DNA of 64,000 bases from Sulfitobacter sp. (GTDB lineage Bacteria > Pseudomonadota > Alphaproteobacteria > Rhodobacterales > Rhodobacteraceae). Position numbers and translations under genes: made by a program. Positions 27,182 to 37,749 of the stretch are shown piece by piece. The stretch lies in the NCBI GenBank assembly GCA_034669925.1, contig JAXMOM010000005.1:45345-109344 (forward strand). Reading direction: 5' to 3'. Under the pieces are notes generated by a model that saw nothing but the letters and a program-made list of their open reading frames with translations, had not been told where the DNA came from and did not search any database. Each line of letters starts with the position of its first letter. The first letter of the stretch is position 1.

Positions 27182-29121
27182 GCCTGATCAGACCCGCCCA
27201 GATCTGCCATCGGGCGCACCGCTTGCAGCTCTTCCTGCTGGGTCTTGATACGGCCACGGTCCTTGGACGGGTAAGCGTCCAGCGGTGGCGGTCCGCCATA
27301 AAGCGCCTGAAGCGTGATATCGCGTGCAATCGGTGCCGCTGCGGACGATCCACCTCCGCCGTGTTCGACGATGACCGATACCGCGTATTTGGGGTTCTCG
27401 AACGGGGCAAAGCTGACGAACAGCGCATGGTCGCGTCGCTCCCACGGCAGGTCGCGGTTATTGACGACGCCACGTGCGCGTTCGGCGGCGGTGATGTTGC
27501 GGACCTGGCTGGTGCCGCTCTTGCCTGCCATGCGCATACCTTCGGTAATGATCCGGCTGCCATAGCCGGTGCCGCGCCGGTCGTTCACAACGTCATACAT
27601 CGCACGCCGCATCTTGCGCAGGTTGTTTTCGTTCAGGCCCATGCTTTCACCGGCGCCGGATGGTTCTTCGATCCCGTCAACGGACTTCACAAGGCGCGGC
27701 GCCACATTGCGCCCTGTGGCGATGCGGGCGGTCATCACCGCCAGTTGCAAGGGCGACGCCAGCATATAGCCCTGACCGATCGAGGCGTTGACCGTGTCAC
27801 CGATCACCCATTCCTGACCGTGTACGCGGCGTTTCCAGTCCTTCGTCGGCGTCAGCCCCTGCGAGATCGCCGACATCGGCACATCGTGGCGCACCCCAAG
27901 GCCAAAGCGTTGCGCCATGGCCGAAATCTTTTCGATCCCAACCTTCAGGGCCAGATCGTAATAATACACATCGCAGGACTGTTTCAGGCTGTTTTGCAGA
28001 TCGACATAGCCATGCCCGCCGCGTTTCCAGCAGTGAAAGCGGCGGTCGGCCACTTCCAGATAGCCGGGGCAATAAACCGTCTCGTCGGGTTGGGCCATGC
28101 CCTCTTCCAGCGCTGCCAACGCCGTCATCATCTTGAAGGTCGAGCCGGGCGGATAGGCCCCCTGCACCGATTTCGACGCCAGCGGGCGATAGATATTCTC
28201 GGTCAGTTCCTTGTAGTTGGCGATCGAAATACCCCGCACGAACAGGTTGGGGTCAAACGACGGCGCCGAGGCTATCGCCACCAGATCGCCGGTCTCGCAG
28301 TCTATGACCACGGCACTGGCGCTTTCCGTGCCCAACCGTGCCTGAACATAGTTTTGCAAGGCGGCGTCAATGGTCAGCTGAATGTCCGCACCCGGACGTC
28401 CTTCGCGCCGGTCCAGTTCGCGCATCACGCGGCCCGTGGCGTTGACCTCTTCACGTTTCACCCCGGCCTTGCCGCGCAAACGGTCCTCTTGCTTGGCTTC
28501 GATGCCAACCTTGCCGATCTGGAACCGCGGGATCAGCAGCAACTGGTCGGGGGCGTCCATCTGCTCCAGATCATAGTCGCTGACAGGACCGACATAGCCC
28601 AGCACATGGGCAAAGTTCGATCCCAGCGGGTAAATCCGGCTCAGGCCCACTTCGGGGGTGACGCCGGGCAGGGCGGGGGCGTTGACGCTGACCCGGCTGA
28701 TGTCTTCCCACGACACGTTTTCGGCGACCGTGATCGGATGGAACGGGGCCGAGCGTTTCATCTCGATCATCGCGCGTTCCAGCTCGTCAGGGTCCAGCTT
28801 GACCACGCGGCTCAGCCGTTCCAGCGCCTCGTCCACGTCGCCGATGTCCTCGCGTTTGACGACAATGCGGTATGAGGGCACGTTCTTGGCCAACTGCACC
28901 CCGTTGCGGTCGAACACTTCGCCGCGTGCGGGCGGAATCAGGCTGTCCTTGATGCGGTTGTCTTCGGCCAGCAGCCGGAATTGGTCGGCCTGATCGACCT
29001 GCAAGAAGTTCATCCGCGCGGCCAGCCCCCCGACAAAGGCCAGCTGAAGGCCGCCCAGAACTGCGGCACGGCGCGAAATCGTGCGGTTGCCGGCCTCGGC
29101 ATCTGCGCGGGTGCGTTTCAT
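27178..29121 (-). CDS. mrdA: Penicillin-binding protein 2 (elongasome transpeptidase)
   Basis: 647 aa with STFK, SxN-type and KSGT motifs. Overlaps rodA and mreD by 4 nt each. Confidence 0.95.
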   Translation of the reverse strand: MKRTRADAEAGNRTISRRAAVLGGLQLAFVGGLAARMNFLQVDQADQFRLLAEDNRIKDSLIPPARGEVFDRNGVQLAKNVPSYRIVVKREDIGDVDEALERLSRVVKLDPDELERAMIEMKRSAPFHPITVAENVSWEDISRVSVNAPALPGVTPEVGLSRIYPLGSNFAHVLGYVGPVSDYDLEQMDAPDQLLLIPRFQIGKVGIEAKQEDRLRGKAGVKREEVNATGRVMRELDRREGRPGADIQLTIDAALQNYVQARLGTESASAVVIDCETGDLVAIASAPSFDPNLFVRGISIANYKELTENIYRPLASKSVQGAYPPGSTFKMMTALAALEEGMAQPDETVYCPGYLEVADRRFHCWKRGGHGYVDLQNSLKQSCDVYYYDLALKVGIEKISAMAQRFGLGVRHDVPMSAISQGLTPTKDWKRRVHGQEWVIGDTVNASIGQGYMLASPLQLAVMTARIATGRNVAPRLVKSVDGIEEPSGAGESMGLNENNLRKMRRAMYDVVNDRRGTGYGSRIITEGMRMAGKSGTSQVRNITAAERARGVVNNRDLPWERRDHALFVSFAPFENPKYAVSVIVEHGGGGSSAAAPIARDITLQALYGGPPPLDAYPSKDRGRIKTQQEELQAVRPMADLGGSDQA

Positions 29122-29657
29122 ATGCGGCCTCCTGCCGTTTCCAGATCGCCCGGCCCGGTTTTGCGGACGCGCATGATGCTGTGCGTGACCAGCACCACCA
29201 GGGGATAGCTGAGGATCGTCAGCCCCAGTTGCAAGAGTGATAACCCCATTGGCGCGGTATCAATCAACATAACTTTGTGAACCAGCCGGTACGCCACGGC
29301 CACGGCGATCATCAGCATCGCCACGGTCAGGAACTCGGCCACCAGCGTCGAGGCCCGCAAGGCGCGTGCGCGCGCCTTCAGGTTCTCGCTCGCCAGCAGA
29401 ACCAGCGCCGCATACAGACCCGGCGGACGTTGCAGCAACAAATCGGCCAGCAGCAACAAGATGGCCAGCATCAGCGGCGGGACATATTCGGGGCGGCGCA
29501 CCGACCACGCAAAGACAAAACCGATCAACAGGTCAGGCGGCGCCCATTCGCCGGGCTGCGTTTGCAACGGCAGGATCTGGAAGAACAGAATGACCAGAAC
29601 CAGCACGCAAAATCCCGCGCGCATCATCCAAAGATGGAATTGCGACTGTTCGCTCAT
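29118..29657 (-). CDS. mreD: Rod shape-determining protein MreD
   Basis: 179-aa polytopic membrane protein between mreC and mrdA. Confidence 0.85.
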   Translation of the reverse strand: MSEQSQFHLWMMRAGFCVLVLVILFFQILPLQTQPGEWAPPDLLIGFVFAWSVRRPEYVPPLMLAILLLLADLLLQRPPGLYAALVLLASENLKARARALRASTLVAEFLTVAMLMIAVAVAYRLVHKVMLIDTAPMGLSLLQLGLTILSYPLVVLVTHSIMRVRKTGPGDLETAGGRI

Positions 29658-30538
29658 TCACCCACCTTTGGCGCAGGTTGTTCGGGGGTGATGATATGGG
29701 CGGCGTCGCTGACGGGTTCGTTGCCATAGTGGCGCAGCACCCGCAGGAACTCCAGCCGCTCGTAATCCGCCGCCAGCCGCACGCGCAGCCGCCCGCCGGG
29801 GTCTTTGGCAATCTCGCCGATCAGCAGGCCCGCCGGAAACACCCCACCATCGCCCGAGCTGAACACACGGTCACCGGGGCGCACCAGATCGGGGTTTTCC
29901 AGAAAATCCACTGGCGGGTTCGCGCTGTTGTCGCCGGCGACAATCGCGCGCTGGCCCGACGGCTGTATGGTTGCGGGAATGCGGCTTGACGCGTCCGTCA
30001 GCAGGATCACCCGCGCGGTGTTCTCGGCCACGCCGGAAATGCGCCCGACCAGGCCGATGCCGTCCATCGTGGCCCAGCCATCGACCAGCCCGTCACGCGC
30101 GCCGACGTTCAGCAGCACCGACTGGCGAAAGGGTGACCCGCTGTCGGCCAGCACCATACCCGAAATTACGGTCAGGCGCGGGTCCAGGCGCACGTTGTTC
30201 AGATCCAGAAGCCGCGCGTTTTCCTGCTCCAACTGAACCGCTGCCTCTTTCCACGCCTGCATCTTGCGCAGTTCGCGGCGCAGTTCGGCGTTCTGTTCGG
30301 CGATGCGCTGATAGCTGCGGAAATTGCGCACCAGGTTGATGGTGCCCGTGACCGGGGCCATGGCCCAGTCGAAATTCGGAACAATCCGGTCCGTGACCTG
30401 CGCGCGGAACCGCTCGACGCGCGGACTGTCGATGCGCCAGACGATAAATGTGGCGATCAGCGCCAGCGCCAGCACAGCCGTCAGCAGCCGCCGGATCGGG
30501 GCGACGTAATCGGATGAAGAAGAACGGTCTTTTGCCAA
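29654..30538 (-). CDS. mreC: Rod shape-determining protein MreC
   Basis: N-terminal TM segment, a coiled coil (LRRELRKMQAWKEAAVQLEQENARL) and beta domains. Confidence 0.9.
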   Translation of the reverse strand: MAKDRSSSSDYVAPIRRLLTAVLALALIATFIVWRIDSPRVERFRAQVTDRIVPNFDWAMAPVTGTINLVRNFRSYQRIAEQNAELRRELRKMQAWKEAAVQLEQENARLLDLNNVRLDPRLTVISGMVLADSGSPFRQSVLLNVGARDGLVDGWATMDGIGLVGRISGVAENTARVILLTDASSRIPATIQPSGQRAIVAGDNSANPPVDFLENPDLVRPGDRVFSSGDGGVFPAGLLIGEIAKDPGGRLRVRLAADYERLEFLRVLRHYGNEPVSDAAHIITPEQPAPKVGE

Positions 30539-30597
30539 TGTGAAGTCTCACCTGCGAAATGGTCAGCGCGGCGATGGTGCTTCAATTGTGCCGCAAC

Positions 30598-30620
30598 GGG
30601 CCCCTTCTTGCAAAGGGGCC
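30598..30620 (-). other. Intercistronic GC hairpin between mreB and mreC
   Basis: GGGCCCCTT-cttgc-AAAGGGGCC, a 9-bp stem with one G-A mismatch, placed 7 nt past the mreB stop. No T-run follows on the coding strand. Confidence 0.5.
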
Positions 30621-30626
30621 TTTGGC

Positions 30627-31709
<1,083 letters not shown>

Positions 31710-31911
31710 TCATGATTGCTGCGGGCGCTCGACTTATAGGGATGTGTAGAGCCGGACGAAAGGGCCGAATGGAACTTGGTTACGCGGGTTCCCGCGCAGC
31801 TTGATAAATGGGCGACTTCGGCCGCAGACTGCAAATGGGCAGCCCGGTCAACAGGATATGGCGCACAGAGCGTGCCGTGCTAGGTTCCCGGATGAAAAAG
31901 GGAGAATAGTC

Positions 31912-32493
31912 ATGCGCAAACTTCAGGTTCTGGGCGTTCATCACATTACCTTGACCGGTGCCGACCGGCAGACCACGATTGATTTCTGGGAGGGCGTGCT
32001 GGGAATGCCGTTCATTTTCGACCAGCCCAACCTGGACGATCCCGAACAGGGGCACTTGTATTTCGATCCCGGCGACGGGCGGTTGATCACGATCTTTACC
32101 AATGACAATCGCAAGGCCGACAACAGCCGCACCCCGATGGACGTGGGTTGTGTCCACCATCTGGCGTTCGAGGTGGACCGCGCCACCTTTGGCCAAGTGC
32201 CCGAACGGCTCAACGCGCGGGGCATCGGCAATTCGGGCGTCAAGGATCGCGGCTTTATGGACTCGATCTATTTCAAGGACCCTTGCGGCCTGCTGATCGA
32301 ACTGGCGTGCTACAAGTTTATCCCGCCGCGCGGGTCCAGTCATGCCGCCGTTCTGATGGAAGCGCACAAAATTCGGGTGGCCGCAGGTGATGACCACATT
32401 GCCGAAGTGCACCTGGCCGACGCGGTCGAGCGCATCGTGGAACGGTCGCAAGAGTCGCTGAGCAAGAACAGAGAGCCTAAAAACCCCTATTAG
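31912..32493 (+). CDS. VOC family ring-cleaving dioxygenase/glyoxalase-like protein
   Basis: GVHHITLTGADRQTTIDFWEGVLGM and a second VHHLAFEV module. ATG 31912 follows AAGGGAGAA. Confidence 0.75.
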   Translation: MRKLQVLGVHHITLTGADRQTTIDFWEGVLGMPFIFDQPNLDDPEQGHLYFDPGDGRLITIFTNDNRKADNSRTPMDVGCVHHLAFEVDRATFGQVPERLNARGIGNSGVKDRGFMDSIYFKDPCGLLIELACYKFIPPRGSSHAAVLMEAHKIRVAAGDDHIAEVHLADAVERIVERSQESLSKNREPKNPY

Positions 32494-32683
32494 GGCTGCT
32501 ACCACTCTAGCCGGTTGTTAACGAATGATGAATGCTTGCCAAATTTGTTTGTAAGCGTACGATTTGTGGCGGCTTTGCAACAACGGGTCGCCGTGAATGT
32601 CGAACGTCTTCTTCCCACTTTTGTCTGCCAGCCAAAGGCGTATAGCCCGCTTCAAAGCAGCTAAAAAGAAAAGAAGGCATCAC

Positions 32684-33550
32684 ATGATCCGTACAGCTCT
32701 TATCGCCACTGTCATCTGCGCAACCGCATCGGTCGCCGCCGCAGGCGAACTGACCTATGGCAACGCATTCATCAAACAACACCGTCTGGACGCCGATGGC
32801 GCAGGCGCGCTGGACCTGACCGTTCTGGGCGGCGGCATCGAGTACACGTACGACGCGTGGACCTTCTCGGGCGAGCTGGCGCACTTCGACATCGAAGGCA
32901 CCGACATCGACTACGGTTCGGTCGCGGGTGAGTATCGCCTGAACAACGGCGTGTCGCTGGGTCTGGACTACACATCGCTGGATCTGGCCGGTGCGGACAT
33001 CAGCCTGACATCGGTTTTCGCCTACTACGACATGGGCACATATGCTCTGGGCGCCGCGATCGGTGACTCGTCCGACCTGAACGACACTGTCTACACCCTG
33101 TTCGGGTCGTGGGACGTGGCCCCCACCGGCACCGTTGGTCTGGATATCATCCGCATCGAAGGCCAAACACTGTACGCAGGCTTTGCCGACTACGACATGG
33201 ACATCTACAACGTGACGGCCGACGTGATCACGACAGACGGTCTGGACGTGGTTTCGGTTGCAGGCGGCTACAGCTTCGGCAACGGCTTCTCGGCCATCGG
33301 TTCGGTGTCTTACTTTGATCTGGGCGGCATCGACGGCACGTCGGTCACACTGGGCGGCCAGTACGAGTTCGTCGAAGGTGCCAACGTCGAATTGGCCCTG
33401 GGCCGCATCAACATCGAGGGCGCGCCGAACATCGACCAGGTCAGCTTTGGCTTGAACTACGAAATCGGTGGCCGCACATCCTCGCGTCGCACACTGGGCA
33501 ACGTGATCAGCAGCGCCACAGGTTCCTTCGCGGGTCTGACCAGCTTCTGA
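32684..33550 (+). CDS. Outer-membrane beta-barrel protein (porin-like)
   Basis: Signal peptide MIRTALIATVICATASVAAA, alternating acidic and aromatic beta-strand pattern, C-terminal ...GLTSF. A strong terminator follows. Confidence 0.65.
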   Translation: MIRTALIATVICATASVAAAGELTYGNAFIKQHRLDADGAGALDLTVLGGGIEYTYDAWTFSGELAHFDIEGTDIDYGSVAGEYRLNNGVSLGLDYTSLDLAGADISLTSVFAYYDMGTYALGAAIGDSSDLNDTVYTLFGSWDVAPTGTVGLDIIRIEGQTLYAGFADYDMDIYNVTADVITTDGLDVVSVAGGYSFGNGFSAIGSVSYFDLGGIDGTSVTLGGQYEFVEGANVELALGRINIEGAPNIDQVSFGLNYEIGGRTSSRRTLGNVISSATGSFAGLTSF

Positions 33551-33577
33551 TCTGCCTGACAGATTACCGAATACTGA

Positions 33578-33610
33578 AACGGCCGGATGGAAACATCCGG
33601 CCGTTTTTGT
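33578..33610 (+). terminator. Rho-independent terminator of the porin-like gene
   Basis: AAACGGCCGGATG-gaaa-CATCCGGCCGTTT followed by TTTGTTTG. Confidence 0.75.
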
Positions 33611-33635
33611 TTGTGCGATCCATGTGCAGGCCACG

Positions 33636-33670
33636 AAAAAGGGGCAGCGGAATGTCCCGCTGCCCCCTTT
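33636..33670 (-). terminator. Rho-independent terminator of leuA
   Basis: On the minus strand: AAAGGGGGCAGCGG-gacatt-CCGCTGCCCC followed by TTTTT. Confidence 0.75.
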
Positions 33671-33696
33671 AACAATTCAAACTGACCGAATGGGGG

Positions 33697-35259
33697 TCAG
33701 TGCACATCCTTGTAGTTGATTTCGCGCTTGTCGGTGCCGCCCTTTTCGCGGCGCACCAGCAAACGGTTCAGTGCGTGAACATAGGCGCGCACCGATGCGA
33801 CGACGGTGTCGGTGTCGGCGGACTGGCCGGTCACGATACGCCCATCCTCTTCCAACCGCACGGACACCGTGGCCTGTGCGTCGGTGCCTTCGGTCACGGC
33901 GTGAACCTGATACAATTGCAGACGTGCGGTGTGGCTGACCAATGCCTTGATGCAGTTGAACGACGCATCCACAGGACCGTCGCCGGTCTGGCTTGTCTTG
34001 TGCTCGGCCCCGTCAACCTCAAGCGTCATGTCCGCCTGTTGCGGTCCCTCGGTCCCGCAGACAACGCGCATCGACACCAGCTTGATCCGGTCCTCTTCGG
34101 GGTCGATCGTGGTGCGCATCAACGCGATCAGATCGTCCTCGTAGATTTCCTTCTTGCGATCGGCCAGTTCCTTGAACCGTACGAACACATCCTTAAGCTG
34201 GTTGTCCCCCAACTCGAACCCAAGGTTTTCCAGCTTGGAGCGCAACGCTGCACGGCCCGAATGTTTGCCCATGACGATGTTGGTTTCGGTCAGACCCACA
34301 TCCTCGGGGCGCATGATTTCGAAGGTCTCGGCGTTTTTCAACATGCCGTCCTGGTGGATACCGCTTTCGTGGGCAAAGGCGTTCTTGCCGACGATGGCCT
34401 TGTTGAACTGCACAGGGAACCCCGACACAGCCGCAACGCGACGCGAGATGTTCATCAGCTTGGTGCTGTCCACGCCGGTCTGGAACGGCATGATGTCATT
34501 GCGCACTTTCAGCGCCATCACGACTTCTTCCAGCGCCGTGTTGCCCGCACGTTCGCCCAAACCGTTGATCGTGCACTCGATCTGGCGCGCGCCTGCCTCG
34601 ACGGCGGCCAGGCTGTTGGCGGTCGCCATGCCCAGATCGTTGTGGCAGTGGGTGGCAAAAATGATCTCGTCCGCGCCCGGCACACGCTCCAGCAACATGC
34701 GGATCAACGCCGCACTTTCACGCGGGGCTGTATAGCCGACCGTGTCGGGGATGTTGATGGTGGTGGCCCCCGCCTTGATCGCGATTTCCACGGTGCGGCA
34801 AAGGTAATCCTCTTCGGTGCGGGTGGCGTCCATCGGCGACCATTGCACGTTGTCGCACAGGTTGCGCGCGTGGGTGACGGTCTGGTCGATGCGTTCGGCC
34901 ATTTCGTCCATGGTCAGGTTCGGGATGGCGCGGTGCAGCGGCGAGGTTCCGATAAAGGTGTGAATGCGCGGTTGGGCCGCGTGTTTCACCGCCTCCCAGC
35001 AGCGGTCGATGTCGGGAAGTTGCGCGCGGGCCAACCCGCAGATCACCGAGTTTTTCGAGTTCTTGGCAATTTCCGACACGGCGGCAAAGTCGCCTTCCGA
35101 TGCGATGGGAAAGCCTGCTTCGATGATGTCGACGCCCATTTCATCCAGAAGGCTGGCAATCTCCAGCTTTTCGGCGTGGGTCATGGTGGCCCCGGGCGAT
35201 TGTTCACCGTCACGCAGGGTCGTGTCAAAAATGACAACGCGGTCTTGTTCTTGGGTCAT
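33697..35259 (-). CDS. leuA: 2-isopropylmalate synthase
   Basis: 520 aa: IFDTTLRDGEQSPG, HCHNDLGMA, and a C-terminal LeuA dimerisation/regulatory domain. Confidence 0.95.
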   Translation of the reverse strand: MTQEQDRVVIFDTTLRDGEQSPGATMTHAEKLEIASLLDEMGVDIIEAGFPIASEGDFAAVSEIAKNSKNSVICGLARAQLPDIDRCWEAVKHAAQPRIHTFIGTSPLHRAIPNLTMDEMAERIDQTVTHARNLCDNVQWSPMDATRTEEDYLCRTVEIAIKAGATTINIPDTVGYTAPRESAALIRMLLERVPGADEIIFATHCHNDLGMATANSLAAVEAGARQIECTINGLGERAGNTALEEVVMALKVRNDIMPFQTGVDSTKLMNISRRVAAVSGFPVQFNKAIVGKNAFAHESGIHQDGMLKNAETFEIMRPEDVGLTETNIVMGKHSGRAALRSKLENLGFELGDNQLKDVFVRFKELADRKKEIYEDDLIALMRTTIDPEEDRIKLVSMRVVCGTEGPQQADMTLEVDGAEHKTSQTGDGPVDASFNCIKALVSHTARLQLYQVHAVTEGTDAQATVSVRLEEDGRIVTGQSADTDTVVASVRAYVHALNRLLVRREKGGTDKREINYKDVH

Positions 35260-35285
35260 GAGAGTTCTCTTTATTGTCCTAAAAG

Positions 35286-35342
35286 CCTGTGGCGCGCGGC
35301 ACTCCCCTCTGAGCGGGCGCGCCGGAATGGCACGCTCAGAGG
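35286..35342 (-). promoter_or_regulatory. Alternative-hairpin region between the leader ORF and leuA (candidate attenuator)
   Basis: Helix CCTCTGAGCG/CGCTCAGAGG (35333-35342 with 35306-35315) competes with GGCGCGC/GCGCGCC (35317-35323 with 35291-35297). A TTTT run (35282-35285 on the plus strand) follows. Confidence 0.4.
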
Positions 35343-35416
35343 CGGATTAGGATCAGTAGGTCGCGCAGGATCGCACGCGAAGCGCGGGCAGTGGGGATAT
35401 GTGCGACCTGTGTCAT
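35336..35416 (-). CDS. Candidate Leu/Ile-rich leader peptide of leuA (26 aa: MTQVAHIPTARASRAILRDLLILIRL)
   Basis: My translation of the minus strand. 5 Leu and 3 Ile occur in the last 11 codons, and two Leu codons are CTA, which looks rare in this genome. The stop codon lies in the 5' arm of a 10-bp hairpin. No clear SD. Confidence 0.45.
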   Translation of the reverse strand: MTQVAHIPTARASRAILRDLLILIRL

Positions 35417-35562
35417 GGGAAAAACTTATACATCCCTGCGAATGAATGAAAAGGGGGCAGAATTATTATTTGCACCACGTCGCGCGTGGCGTCGTGCCTC
35501 GGGCGGGGATTTTTGAACCGGAGAAGATGGACCGGCGCGGGCCGTGCGCTAGGTCTGCCTGC

Positions 35563-36219
35563 ATGGCAGATGTATTGATATTGGGCGCGTCAGGCGGGAT
35601 CGGGTCGGCTTTGTCCGCCGCACATCAGGCACGGGGCGATGCTGTGACGGGCCTGTCGCGGTCGCGCGACGGGTTCGATGTGACCGACGCTGCGTCGGTG
35701 GATGCGGCGCTGGCAGGGCTGGGGCCGTTTGACCGGGTGATCGTGGCGACAGGCGCGCTAGAGATCGCGGGGGCGGTGCCGGAAAAGACGATTCGTGCGG
35801 TCACGGCCAAGGCGATGGCGGATCAGTTTGCGGTCAATGCCATCGGGCCTGCGCTGGTGCTGGCCCATGCGCACGACCTGTTAAAGCCGGACGGGATCTT
35901 GGCCGTGCTGTCTGCGCGGGTGGGGTCGATTGGCGACAACCGCATCGGCGGCTGGATCAGCTACCGCAGCGCCAAGGCGGCAGTGAACCAGATCGTGCAT
36001 ACGGCGGCGATTGAACTGGCGCGCACCCACAAGGGCGCGGCGGTGGTGGCCCTGCACCCCGGCACGGTGGCAACGCCGTTTACGGAAAAGTATTTGGGGC
36101 GGCACCCTTCTGTGCCCGCACACGAGGCAGCAGACAACCTGCTGGCGGTGATGGACGGGCTGACCGCTGCACAGACAGGCCGGTTTTTCGATTGGGCCGG
36201 CAAAGAGGTGCCTTGGTGA
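35563..36219 (+). CDS. SDR family oxidoreductase (CsgA/C-factor-like short form)
   Basis: LILGASGGIGSAL Rossmann motif and YRSAK catalytic motif. Start at ATG 35563. Confidence 0.8.
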   Translation: MADVLILGASGGIGSALSAAHQARGDAVTGLSRSRDGFDVTDAASVDAALAGLGPFDRVIVATGALEIAGAVPEKTIRAVTAKAMADQFAVNAIGPALVLAHAHDLLKPDGILAVLSARVGSIGDNRIGGWISYRSAKAAVNQIVHTAAIELARTHKGAAVVALHPGTVATPFTEKYLGRHPSVPAHEAADNLLAVMDGLTAAQTGRFFDWAGKEVPW

Positions 36220-37742
36220 GCCGTCTGGTTTTGATCCTTGGCGACCAGCTCAGCGAAAACATCGCGGCGCTGGCCAAAGCGGACAAGTCGCAGGACGTGG
36301 TGGTGATGGCCGAGGTGCGCGACGAAGGCACCTATGTGGCGCATCACCCCAAGAAGATCGCGCTGGTGCTGGCGGCGATGCGCAAGTTTGCGGCCCGGTT
36401 GCGCGATGCGGGCTGGACCGTGGATTACACCACGCTGGACGACCCCGACAACGCGGGCAGCATCGTGGGCGAGCTGTTGCGCCGTGCCGAGGAACGCGGC
36501 GCGTCCCATGTGATCGCCACCGAGCCGGGCGAATGGCGGTTGATTGACAAGCTGCGCTACGCTCCGTTGAAGGTCGAGATTTGCGACGACGACCGCTTTA
36601 TCGCCAGCCATGCCATGTTCGAAGACTGGGCCGAGGGCCGCAAGGCGCTGCGGATGGAATATTTCTATCGCGAGATGCGGCGCAAGACGGGGTTGTTGAT
36701 GGACGGCGACGATCCGGCGGGCGGGCAATGGAATTTTGACCACGACAACCGCAAGCCGGCCCCCGGGGACATCGAGACCGAAGGGCCGCTAAAGTTTGAA
36801 CCGGATGACACCACGCGCGCCGTGCTTGACCTTGTGGCGTCAGAGTTCGGGGACCACTTCGGCGACCTTGAACCGTTCGAATTTGCCACCGACCGCGCGG
36901 GCGCGCTGGACGCGCTGGCGCATTTTGTCGAACACGCCCTGCCGCGCTTTGGCGACTATCAGGACGCGATGCTGGACGGGGAACCCTACCTTTATCATGC
37001 GGTTCTGTCGCCTTACATGAACATCGGCCTGCTGTCGCCGCTTGAGGTGTGTCAGGCGGTGCAAGATGCCTATGACGCGGGCGACGTGCCGATCAACGCC
37101 GCCGAAGGGTTCATTCGCCAGATCATCGGTTGGCGCGAATACGTGCGCGGCATCTATTTTCTGGAAGGGCGCGACTACACCGACCGCAACACCCTGGACC
37201 ACAGCCGCGATCTGCCCGCATTCTACTGGGGCGCGGAAACCAAGATGCGCTGCGTGCGGCAGGCGGTGGCCCAGACCAAAACCCGCGCCTATGCCCACCA
37301 CATCCAGCGGCTGATGGTGACAGGCAACTTTGCCCTGTTGGCAGGCGTCGATCCGGCGCAGGTGCATGATTGGTATCTGTCGGTCTATGCGGATGCCTTC
37401 GAATGGGTCGAGGCACCGAACACCATCGGCATGAGCCAGTTCGCCGACGGCGGCGTGATCGCGTCCAAACCCTATGTGTCCTCGGGCGCCTACATCAACC
37501 GCATGTCGGACCACTGCAAACAATGCAGCTATAAGGTGTCCAAGAAAACCGGCGACGGGGCGTGTCCGTTCAACCTGTTGTATTGGGATTTCCTGAACCG
37601 CCACCGCGACAGGTTCGAAAACAACCCGCGCATGGGCAATATGTACAGCACATGGGACCGTATGGACGAAGACCGCCGCAAGTCCGTGCTAACCGATGCC
37701 GCGCGGTTCCTGAAACGTCTGGACGCGGGCGAGGTGGTTTAG
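36216..37742 (+). CDS. Cryptochrome/photolyase family protein of the FeS-BCP class (CryB/PhrB-like (6-4) photolyase)
   Basis: LVLILGDQL N-terminus. One Cys (MRCVRQA) plus HCKQCSYKVSKKTGDGAC give the C...C-x2-C-x12-C pattern of the 4Fe-4S ligands. GTG 36216 overlaps the SDR stop (GTGA). Confidence 0.85.
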   Translation: MSRLVLILGDQLSENIAALAKADKSQDVVVMAEVRDEGTYVAHHPKKIALVLAAMRKFAARLRDAGWTVDYTTLDDPDNAGSIVGELLRRAEERGASHVIATEPGEWRLIDKLRYAPLKVEICDDDRFIASHAMFEDWAEGRKALRMEYFYREMRRKTGLLMDGDDPAGGQWNFDHDNRKPAPGDIETEGPLKFEPDDTTRAVLDLVASEFGDHFGDLEPFEFATDRAGALDALAHFVEHALPRFGDYQDAMLDGEPYLYHAVLSPYMNIGLLSPLEVCQAVQDAYDAGDVPINAAEGFIRQIIGWREYVRGIYFLEGRDYTDRNTLDHSRDLPAFYWGAETKMRCVRQAVAQTKTRAYAHHIQRLMVTGNFALLAGVDPAQVHDWYLSVYADAFEWVEAPNTIGMSQFADGGVIASKPYVSSGAYINRMSDHCKQCSYKVSKKTGDGACPFNLLYWDFLNRHRDRFENNPRMGNMYSTWDRMDEDRRKSVLTDAARFLKRLDAGEVV

Positions 37743-37749
37743 CCGCCGC

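Noticed and set aside
32517-32522. Isolated GTTAAC/TTAAC half-sites upstream of the porin-like gene (32517) and in the arms of the gcvP-distal hairpin (48837, 48869), considered as CtrA boxes.
   Set aside because: None has a TTAA partner at the required 7-nt spacing or the full TTAACCAT 8-mer.
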